DNA from: a virus
Taxonomy: Duplodnaviria; Heunggongvirae; Uroviricota; Caudoviricetes; Straboviridae
Length of the DNA stretch: 64,000 nt
Virus record (IMG/VR): IMGVR_UViG_2706796059_000001
Reading direction: 5' to 3' (one strand)
Shown here: positions 49,554-54,918 of the stretch, piece after piece
Numbering within the stretch: position 1 is the stretch's first letter
Layout: each line of letters begins with the position of its first letter
The notes under the pieces: generated by a model
What the model was told of the DNA's origin: nothing
What the model saw: only the letters and a program-made list of their open reading frames with translations
Databases searched by the model: none
Program-made: the position numbers and the translations under genes

Positions 49554-49590
49554 AAAAGATGTTTACAACGATATAAACATCATGTACAAT
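49554..49590 (+). promoter_or_regulatory. tandem second copy of the early promoter, about 85 bp downstream
   Basis: aaaaaaagatgTTTACAacgatataaacatcatgTACAATag. This is a near-exact duplicate of the upstream promoter. Confidence 0.6.
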
Positions 49591-49600
49591 AGAGAAGAAC

Positions 49601-49819
49601 ATGAATGACATAATTAAAGATGTGTCAAAGTTGACACTGAAAGAAAACGAACGTGTAGTGTTTAGAGTTGATGTCGGTGATTTACCAGCATCGAAAGCTA
49701 ATCAGTATATACAAAATTTAGTCGATTTATTGAAAGAAGCGGGAATTACTAACTCAATTGTTATTCCGTCATCAATAGAAATTTCCGTAATCGATGAAAA
49801 CGAATTAATGCGCAAGTAG
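49601..49819 (+). CDS. hypothetical protein (72 aa)
   Basis: ORF downstream of the tandem early promoters. Its stop codon overlaps the first bases of the next tRNA. Confidence 0.5.
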   Translation: MNDIIKDVSKLTLKENERVVFRVDVGDLPASKANQYIQNLVDLLKEAGITNSIVIPSSIEISVIDENELMRK

Positions 49820-49887
49820 CCCAATCTGGCAGAGGCACTGGTCTTAGAAACCAGAAGTTAAGAGTTCGAATCTCTTCTTGCGTACCA
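49810..49887 (+). tRNA. class-I-shaped tRNA with anticodon TAG (Leu CUA/CUG codons), A73, CCA encoded
   Basis: GCGCAAG TA GCCC AATCTGGCAGA GGC A CTGGT CTTAGAA ACCAG AAGTT AAGAG TTCGAAT CTCTT CTTGCGT A CCA. The variable loop is 5 nt. Confidence 0.7.
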
Positions 49888-49888
49888 T

Positions 49889-49963
49889 GCACCCTTAGCT
49901 TATCAGGAAAAGCGGCGGATTGAAGTCCCGCAGTGCTCGGTTCGATTCCGAGGGGGTGCACCA
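49889..49963 (+). tRNA. tRNA-Phe (GAA), CCA encoded
   Basis: GCACCCT TA GCTT ATCAGGAA AAGC G GCGGA TTGAAGT CCCGC AGTG CTCGG TTCGATT CCGAG GGGGTGC A CCA. Confidence 0.8.
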
Positions 49964-50051
49964 TATTATAGCTTGTTTGTAAGAGTTAAATCAAGCAAGG
50001 GATTTTAGTTTTGAGTTATTTAGCAAACGCTCTTAACGTGAAAATCAAATT

Positions 50052-50126
50052 GGGTCGTTAGTATAACGGTAGTACATCTGGCTTTTAACCAGAAGGGTGA
50101 GAGTTCGAATCTCTTGCGACCCACCA
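50052..50126 (+). tRNA. tRNA-Lys (TTT) copy 1, CCA encoded
   Basis: GGGTCGT TA GTAT AACGGTAGT AC A TCTGG CTTTTAA CCAGA AGGGT GAGAG TTCGAAT CTCTT GCGACCC A CCA. Confidence 0.85.
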
Positions 50127-50137
50127 GTTTTTATAAT

Positions 50138-50214
50138 GCGTCGGTAGCTCATCATGGAAGAGCAGGGAGCTTTTAACTCTCAGGTGTCTGGTTCGAGTCC
50201 AGAGCGGCGTACCA
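50138..50214 (+). tRNA. tRNA-Lys (TTT) copy 2, divergent backbone with a 7:66 mismatch, CCA encoded
   Basis: GCGTCGG TA GCTC ATCATGGAA GAGC A GGGAG CTTTTAA CTCTC AGGTG TCTGG TTCGAGT CCAGA GCGGCGT A CCA. Confidence 0.75.
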
Positions 50215-50277
50215 AATTAGATACATTGTATATCGCTTTGCAAGTTAGATAGCTTGCAAATCAATATACAATTTAAT

Positions 50278-50352
50278 TCTCCCGTGGACTAACGGTAGGT
50301 CATCACCCTTTCAAGGTGAAGTGCGCGAGTTCGAATCTCGTCGGGAGAACCA
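50278..50352 (+). tRNA. tRNA-Glu (TTC), CCA encoded
   Basis: TCTCCCG TG GACT AACGGTA GGTC A TCACC CTTTCAA GGTGA AGTG CGCGAG... TTCGAAT CTCGT CGGGAGA A CCA. Confidence 0.8.
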
Positions 50353-50358
50353 TATTCT

Positions 50359-50444
50359 GGAGCGTACGTCTCAAGGTGAGACAGGGGACTGTAAATCCCT
50401 GACCCTTAACGGGTAGAGAGGTTCGATTCCTCTACGCTCCACCA
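50359..50444 (+). tRNA. tRNA-Tyr (GTA), class II with a long variable arm, CCA encoded
   Basis: GGAGCGT ... GGGGA CTGTAAA TCCCT GACCCTTAACGGGTAG AGAGG TTCGATT CCTCT ACGCTCC A CCA. Confidence 0.85.
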
Positions 50445-50546
50445 GTTTTAGCTTGCATACTGCAATTTAACTTAATCTATTGATCGCTCGGCGGGCATTG
50501 CTCAGACAGCGATAAACAGACCAAAGAACGCAAGCTGTTGAATAAT

Positions 50547-50619
50547 TGCGGAGTAGAGCAGCGGTCAGCTCGCCAGTTTCATAAGCTGGAGGTCAGTGGT
50601 TCGAATCCACTCTCACGCA
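50547..50619 (+). tRNA. irregular CAT-anticodon tRNA (Met/Ile2-like) with a one-nucleotide bulge in the acceptor stem, no CCA encoded; possible pseudogene
   Basis: GCGGAG-T TA GAGC AGCGGTCA GCTC G CCAGT TTCATAA GCTGG AGGTC AGTGG TTCGAAT CCACT CTCACGC A. The 5' GCG-GAG pairs with 3' CTC-A-CGC only if the A is bulged. It is preceded by a CGCAAGCTGTTGAATAATTGCG hairpin sharing ACGCAAGCTGTT with tRNA-like gene 2. Confidence 0.5.
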
Positions 50620-50630
50620 TCCAAACAAAT

Positions 50631-50729
50631 GGAAGGCTTAGCCGAAAGATTCTGGGTAGCGGCAACGGTCTTGAAAACCGTCGGTCACCGGGAGGTGATG
50701 TTAGGGTTCGAATCCCTAGTCTTCCGCCA
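50631..50729 (+). tRNA. tRNA-Ser (TGA), class II, with an unusually long D-region (99 nt), CCA encoded
   Basis: GGAAGGC TT AGCC GAAAGATTCTGGGTAGC GGCA ACGGT CTTGAAA ACCGT CGGTCACCGGGAGGTGATG TTAGGG TTCGAAT CCCTA GTCTTCC G CCA. Confidence 0.7.
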
Positions 50730-50792
50730 ATTGGTTAACCGGGAAGTTTAGTCACTTAACCGATTAACAGTGCGCTGAAATGCGCACACTTT

Positions 50793-50866
50793 AGTCCCTT
50801 AGCTCAACGGTAGAGCGTGCGACCGATAATCGCTTGGTAAGAGTTCGATTCTCTTAGGGACTACCA
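50793..50866 (+). tRNA. tRNA-Ile (GAT), CCA encoded
   Basis: AGTCCCT TA GCTC AACGGTA GAGC G TGCGA CCGATAA TCGCT TGGT AAGAG TTCGATT CTCTT AGGGACT A CCA. Confidence 0.85.
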
Positions 50867-50872
50867 AATTTT

Positions 50873-50946
50873 AGGGGCATGATGTAAAGGCAGCATGACG
50901 GATTCCAAACCCGTTCGTTAGAGTTCGAATCTCTATGCCCCTGCCA
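50873..50946 (+). tRNA. tRNA-Trp (CCA), CCA encoded
   Basis: AGGGGCA TG ATGT AAAGGCA GCAT G ACGGA TTCCAAA CCCGT TCGT TAGAG TTCGAAT CTCTA TGCCCCT G CCA. Confidence 0.8.
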
Positions 50947-51020
50947 GTTTAAGTAATCTTACAGCAAACAATACAAAACTTTTATTTGGAAAAAGCAAAA
51001 AGGATTACTGTTTAAATTTA

Positions 51021-51096
51021 GGATCGCTAACTCAATGGTTAGAGTGCTCGCCTGTTAAGCGAGGAGTTCCGAGTTCGAGTCTCGGGCGGTCCGCCA
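51021..51096 (+). tRNA. tRNA-Asn (GTT), CCA encoded
   Basis: GGATCGC TA ACTC AATGGTTAGA GT G CTCGC CTGTTAA GCGAG GAGTT CCGAG TTCGAGT CTCGG GCGGTCC G CCA. Confidence 0.85.
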
Positions 51097-51165
51097 AATT
51101 CGGAGAGTCACTACCGTTAAGTGTGAACTTGAAAAAACAAAGCAACTACTTTAAGTTGTCTTTGG

Positions 51166-51241
51166 GGAGCCGAGGTGTAAAAGGTTGCATGTCTCCCTGT
51201 CACGGAGAAGGTAGCGGGTTCGAAACCCGTCGGTTCCGCCA
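51166..51241 (+). tRNA. tRNA-Asp (GTC), CCA encoded
   Basis: GGAGCCG AG GTGT ... G TCTCC CTGTCAC GGAGA AGGTA GCGGG TTCGAAA CCCGT CGGTTCC G CCA. Confidence 0.8.
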
Positions 51242-51260
51242 AAGATAATTTAAGAACAAT

Positions 51261-51334
51261 TGGGGATTGGTGTAAAGGCAGCATAACGTACTTTGAATGC
51301 GTTGGTATCAGTTCGAATCTGTTATCCCCAGCCA
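51261..51334 (+). tRNA. tRNA-Gln (TTG), CCA encoded
   Basis: TGGGGAT TG GTGT AAAGGCA GCAT A ACGTA CTTTGAA TGCGT TGGT ATCAG TTCGAAT CTGTT ATCCCCA G CCA. Confidence 0.8.
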
Positions 51335-51357
51335 AATACCATAGAGTGTTTTCAGCA

Positions 51358-51428
51358 AACAATTTACTAATATTCTTCTGATGAAAAGAAAAGTTCGGGG
51401 TTCGATTCCTCTTCAGTGTCGGTATCAC
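51358..51428 (+). other. third copy of the TTCAGCAA-N-CAATTTAC-NN-ATAT element, followed by a T-arm-like minihelix fragment
   Basis: ttttcagcaaacaatttactaatattc at 51356-51382 resembles tattcagcaaccaatttacgcatatca at 45571-45597. It is followed by CTGATGA...GGGG-TTCGATT-CCTC-TTCAG. Confidence 0.45.
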
Positions 51429-51463
51429 TGGTCTGGACGACGCTAGTAATAACACTCAGTTAC

Positions 51464-51538
51464 GCTCCTGAAGCATTGATGGCGATGCAGCGGTCTTGTA
51501 AACCGCAGAATTCGGTTCGATTCCGAACGGGAGCACCA
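51464..51538 (+). tRNA. tRNA-Thr (TGT), CCA encoded
   Basis: GCTCCTG AA GCAT TGATGGCG ATGC A GCGGT CTTGTAA ACCGC AGAA TTCGG TTCGATT CCGAA CGGGAGC A CCA. Confidence 0.85.
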
Positions 51539-51601
51539 TATTGATTAGAGAGTGTTATCATGATATAAATATTCATGTAACTACATTTTAGAGGTAATAA
51601 C

Positions 51602-51877
51602 ATGTCTATTAAAACATTTTCTGAATATCTTAACGAAGCAAAGCATCGTGGGTCTGGCGTAGACACTCATGACGGGAAGATTCCGTATGTATACGCTGAC
51701 AGTAAAGACGCTGCTGCATTTGCTGATTTCGTATCGTCAATAGGTATGAAGCTTGATTCGAACGGTGAATTGAAGCTTTCTACACGAGATAAAGTACGAA
51801 AGTTCTTCTCAGAGCTTGATCAAGAAGCAACTAATTTCATGCTTCATGGCAACTTTGATATTATTGAATATATGTAA
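51602..51877 (+). CDS. hypothetical protein (91 aa)
   Basis: ORF with RBS gaggtaataacATG. Confidence 0.5.
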   Translation: MSIKTFSEYLNEAKHRGSGVDTHDGKIPYVYADSKDAAAFADFVSSIGMKLDSNGELKLSTRDKVRKFFSELDQEATNFMLHGNFDIIEYM

Positions 51878-51914
51878 AAATTGGTGATTGTAATGGTATA
51901 TATTTCTGTATGGT

Positions 51915-52103
51915 GTGAATATGACATTGGTGGGGATTTCGGTGGCAACAATAACGAAGATGTTTTTTTCCGTTAGTGAAGAATTATCTAATGAAGAAGT
52001 TGAAGCAAAAGTTGCTGAATATATTTCTGACATTGTTGGTGAGCCGATTGAAGAACTTGAAGGTTTATACGGTTGGGAATATATTTCAATCACACAGTTG
52101 TAA
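51915..52103 (+). CDS. hypothetical acidic protein (62 aa)
   Basis: Short ORF. Weak support. Confidence 0.3.
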   Translation: MNMTLVGISVATITKMFFSVSEELSNEEVEAKVAEYISDIVGEPIEELEGLYGWEYISITQL

Positions 52104-52110
52104 AAAATAT

Positions 52111-52185
52111 GGGCCGTTAGCTTAATTGGGAAAGCGCCTCACTTGCAATGAGGAAGATAGGGTTCGACTCCCTGCGTGTCCACCA
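52111..52185 (+). tRNA. tRNA-Ala (TGC) with G3:U70 but a poorly paired acceptor stem (positions 5-7), CCA encoded
   Basis: GGGCCGT TA GCTT AATTGGGA AAGC G CCTCA CTTGCAA TGAGG AAGA TAGGG TTCGACT CCCTG CGTGTCC A CCA. Confidence 0.6.
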
Positions 52186-52259
52186 AATTTCGAACACATG
52201 AGCGTAGACTCTCTTTACTACCATCGTCTACACTAGCTCATGGTTCGAAACTTTTCAAT

Positions 52260-52335
52260 GCGCTGTTAGCTCAATTGGAAGAGCACGTCCCTTCTAAGGA
52301 TGGGGTTATGAGTTCGAATCTCATACGGCGTGCCA
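52260..52335 (+). tRNA. tRNA-Arg (TCT), CCA encoded
   Basis: GCGCTGT TA GCTC AATTGGAAGA GC A CGTCC CTTCTAA GGATG GGGTT ATGAG TTCGAAT CTCAT ACGGCGT G CCA. Confidence 0.8.
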
Positions 52336-52857
52336 TATTAAGCTCTTATCATGTGACGAATGATACTTTGCTTCGGCATATCACGAGCATGGTGAGAGAG
52401 ACAATATACAGCAAACAATTGAAATTACTTAAAAGAAGTGATGATCTTAACCTGGGCTGATTTTAACCTGAGCTTGCTTGGGCGCAGCTTGAAAGGAAAG
52501 ATTCTCTCTGTCTAGAAATAGTCAGATAGGCGCGTCGCTGAAACAGACGATATTTGCTTATTGATTCTCAATAAGCTAGTCAACTCCGATTTATGCAAAA
52601 GACGAAAAAACACTTCGGTATTGTCTGTACTTAATTCGTCGGAAACGACACTGTAGCCGAAAGGCAAGTTTACTAACTTAGTTGTTAGTCGTGATACAGG
52701 AAGTATCATGTGGCATTATTATGAACGTTTCTAGTCATCGTCATGTAAAACAATCAAAACTAAGCAGAGGTAACAGTACCCACTATGTGGTTCCTCACTC
52801 AGACCATGAATATATGGTGTCAGCCAGTGTGCGATTAAATGAGTAATTACTGCAATT

Positions 52858-52933
52858 GGTGACGTAGCTCAAGTGGCAGAGCCACGCTTTCATACGGCGT
52901 AAGATCCGATTTCGAGTATCGGTGTCACCTCCA
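52858..52933 (+). tRNA. tRNA-Met (CAT), third CAT tRNA, CCA encoded
   Basis: GGTGACG TA GCTC AAGTGGCAGA GC C ACGCT TTCATAC GGCGT AAGAT CCGAT TTCGAGT ATCGG TGTCACC T CCA. Confidence 0.8.
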
Positions 52934-52958
52934 AATTCAAACAAAGAGGTTAAGAAGC

Positions 52959-53116
52959 ATGACTACTTTACACTAAGCAAGGGCAACATACGCGATAAGA
53001 TTCGCTGTGTTGAAAATCGTCTCGCAGAAGAGACCAACCCGTTCTTTATAAGAACACTTACTGTAGAGCTTACGAATCTACGTGCAATACGTGATTTGTT
53101 CGACGCTTCAGATTAA
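52959..53116 (+). CDS. hypothetical small protein (52 aa)
   Basis: ATG at 52959 with RBS aagaggttaagaagcATG. The track ORF starts inside the tRNA. Confidence 0.35.
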
Positions 53117-53120
53117 CAAT

Positions 53121-53194
53121 GCGGGTATGATGTAATGGTAGCATGACGTCCTTCCAAGTCGTTCGTCTCGGTTCGAGTCCGTGTACCCGCTCCA
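53121..53194 (+). tRNA. tRNA-Gly (TCC), CCA encoded
   Basis: GCGGGTA TG ATGT AATGGTA GCAT G ACGTC CTTCCAA GTCGT TCGT CTCGG TTCGAGT CCGTG TACCCGC T CCA. Confidence 0.8.
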
Positions 53195-53200
53195 AATTTT

Positions 53201-53274
53201 GGTCCCTTAGTATAATGGCAGTACGTCTCTTTTACACAGAGAAAGAAGTGGCTCGATTCCACTAGGGACTACCA
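53201..53274 (+). tRNA. tRNA-Val (TAC), T-loop CTCGATT, CCA encoded
   Basis: GGTCCCT TA GTAT AATGGCA GTAC G TCTCT TTTACAC AGAGA AAGA AGTGG CTCGATT CCACT AGGGACT A CCA. Confidence 0.8.
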
Positions 53275-53297
53275 TTCTTTATGATGAGAAATAAATT

Positions 53298-53537
53298 ATG
53301 ACGCCTGCATTACTTGAAACTCATGAATACGTAAACCACAACCAAATCGAAAAGCTACAGCAAATGGACAGACTTATGTTTGATTGTTGGCGTGCTGGGT
53401 ATAAACGTGGCAAGATTTTAGAGCTTGCATTGTCGATTGAGTCTTCAACAACCGAAGCAGACATCGAAATTTATTTCAAAAATATGTTTACAAGAGAACT
53501 ATCGGCTGATAGTATCTACTTAAAGAAAACTGTATGA
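53298..53537 (+). CDS. hypothetical protein (79 aa)
   Basis: ORF with RBS gatgagaaataaattATG. Confidence 0.45.
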   Translation: MTPALLETHEYVNHNQIEKLQQMDRLMFDCWRAGYKRGKILELALSIESSTTEADIEIYFKNMFTRELSADSIYLKKTV

Positions 53538-53689
53538 CGGAGTAGTGCTCCGACCGAATGACACACGCAAATGAGTCCGGTTGACAAACGTTATATGTCC
53601 CAAAGTATTGCAGGTAGCGACGGCGGTGTTGCTAGTAGATTTATCTATTTCTCCAAGACATAATGCAAGCTTTTAAAGTGTACTTTGGT

Positions 53690-53766
53690 GTGGCAGTGGG
53701 TGAAGTGGAAATACCCCCGGGTTGTGATTCCGGAAGATGCGGGTTCGATCCCCGTCTGTCACCCCA
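53690..53766 (+). tRNA. tRNA-His (GTG), C73, CCA encoded; the genomic -1 position is T, not G
   Basis: GTGGCAG ... CCGGG TTGTGAT TCCGG AAGAT GCGGG TTCGATC CCCGT CTGTCAC C CCA. Confidence 0.75.
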
Positions 53767-53776
53767 AAGTACATTT

Positions 53777-53861
53777 ATGCTCGAATCGTATAATGGCAGT
53801 ATGACGGATTGCAAATCCGCAGGTCAGGGTTCGATTCCCTGTTCGAGCTCCAGAAAAGACG
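53777..53861 (+). tRNA. tRNA-Cys (GCA), CCA encoded
   Basis: GCTCGAA TC GTAT AATGGCA GTAT G ACGGA TTGCAAA TCCGC AGGT CAGGG TTCGATT CCCTG TTCGAGC T CCA. Confidence 0.8.
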
Positions 53862-54060
53862 ATGCACAAGTTGGATGTGCAAAGGGGTCGGTTATGGTTC
53901 AACGCTTTATGCGTATAGGGTTAATCGCCTAGAACTGAGCATGTTTGAGTTGCTACTCACGAATGTAGTGATGAGTGCGTAAGAAGCCCGTAGCTAGTAT
54001 AATGAGTTGATAACTCGGCAGCCTAGCAGTGTCGCCAACATCGACATAACGACACATAAT

Positions 54061-54137
54061 GCGCACGTGGTCCAATTGGCAGAGGCATGAGGCTTAAAAT
54101 CTCAGGGATGGCGGTTCGAATCCGCCCGTGCGTACCA
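54061..54137 (+). tRNA. class-I-shaped tRNA with anticodon TAA (Leu UUA/UUG codons), A73, CCA encoded
   Basis: GCGCACG TG GTCC AATTGGCAGA GGC A TGAGG CTTAAAA TCTCA GGGAT GGCGG TTCGAAT CCGCC CGTGCGT A CCA. The variable loop is 5 nt. Confidence 0.7.
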
Positions 54138-54252
54138 AATTCTAGCATAAGCCGCATTCTAACGAAGCTAGACTACCGCCGTTGAAAAACGGTCTCAGCC
54201 GAGCGAAAGCTGACAGGCGTTAGGGATTAAAGAGTTGCGGCAGCTTATTCAA

Positions 54253-54329
54253 GCCCAACTAGTCCAATTGGCAGAGGCGCTAGTTTCAAACACTAGATGA
54301 TCCGAGTTCGAATCTCGGGTTGGGCACCA
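54253..54329 (+). tRNA. class-I-shaped tRNA with anticodon CAA (Leu UUG codon), A73, CCA encoded
   Basis: GCCCAAC TA GTCC AATTGGCAGA GGC G CTAGT TTCAAAC ACTAG ATGAT CCGAG TTCGAAT CTCGG GTTGGGC A CCA. The variable loop is 5 nt. Confidence 0.7.
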
Positions 54330-54497
54330 AATTCACTTAGCAACGCGAATCGAAAGAGAGTGGATAGACCTGCTAAGAGTCCCGCTAGGTCTTTAAATTA
54401 TCTAAAGTGGATCTGCGAAGCGCGTGGCACACGTCAGCAATAAGAGCAAATATGTGTCTGAGCATGAGAGCAGCATGCCACTAATTGATGAGACGTT

Positions 54498-54586
54498 GGA
54501 AGCATGGTCTAAAGGTATGACAGCACCCTGCTAAGGTGTCGGACGTTAATAGCGTTCTCTGGGTTCGACTCCCAGTGCTTCCGCCA
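54498..54586 (+). tRNA. tRNA-Ser (GCT), class II, CCA encoded
   Basis: GGAAGCA TG GTCT AAAGGTATGA C A GCACC CTGCTAA GGTGT CGGACGTTAATAGCGTTCT CTGGG TTCGACT CCCAG TGCTTCC G CCA. Confidence 0.85.
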
Positions 54587-54852
54587 AATTCGCAATAAGA
54601 CATTGTACAGCAATCATTACAAATCAAAGCAAACTTTAATAGTAATGAGGCGCACTAGCTGCTTTCTCAGTGATGACGTGAGCCTGTCGCATTCTCGTGG
54701 TAGGAAATGACCATTAAGACGGTGTTCGTACTGTCAAACGAAATAGGACTCATGCCGAATCATGGGTATTTTTCCGATGAGAAACATCGTTATAGTCAAT
54801 TGAGATTTAAGGAAAGACGATAAAACACTTCTCGAATGTCTGTGTATTGCAC

Positions 54853-54884
54853 AAAAAAACCTGCCGTGAGCAGGTTTTTTTTGT
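54853..54884. terminator. bidirectional rho-independent terminator at the end of the tRNA island
   Basis: aaaaaaacctgc-cgtgag-caggtttttttt. Confidence 0.7.
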
Positions 54885-54896
54885 TTCTTCAAAATA

Positions 54897-54918
54897 AAAA
54901 GAGCCTTTCGGCTCTTTT
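54897..54918 (-). terminator. terminator for the minus-strand fibre-like gene
   Basis: aaaagagcc-tttc-ggctctttt. Confidence 0.6.

Noticed and set aside
49761-49964. Minus-strand ORF of 67 aa across the tRNA(TAG) and tRNA-Phe genes
   Set aside because: It is antisense to two well-formed tRNAs. The same applies to 50538-50738, 51117-51455, 51460-51666, 52176-52460 and 53663-53932, which overlap tRNAs on either strand.
49019-50214. Suspicion that the duplicate Pro(TGG) and Lys(TTT) calls were parsing errors
   Set aside because: Both members of each pair were re-derived independently with 5-bp anticodon stems and 7-nt loops. The duplication is real in the sequence.
51378-51395. CTGATGA...GAAA string resembling a hammerhead ribozyme core
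   Set aside because: Helices I-III could not be built around it. The match is limited to the 7-mer. It is more simply the 5' strand of a degenerate acceptor helix.
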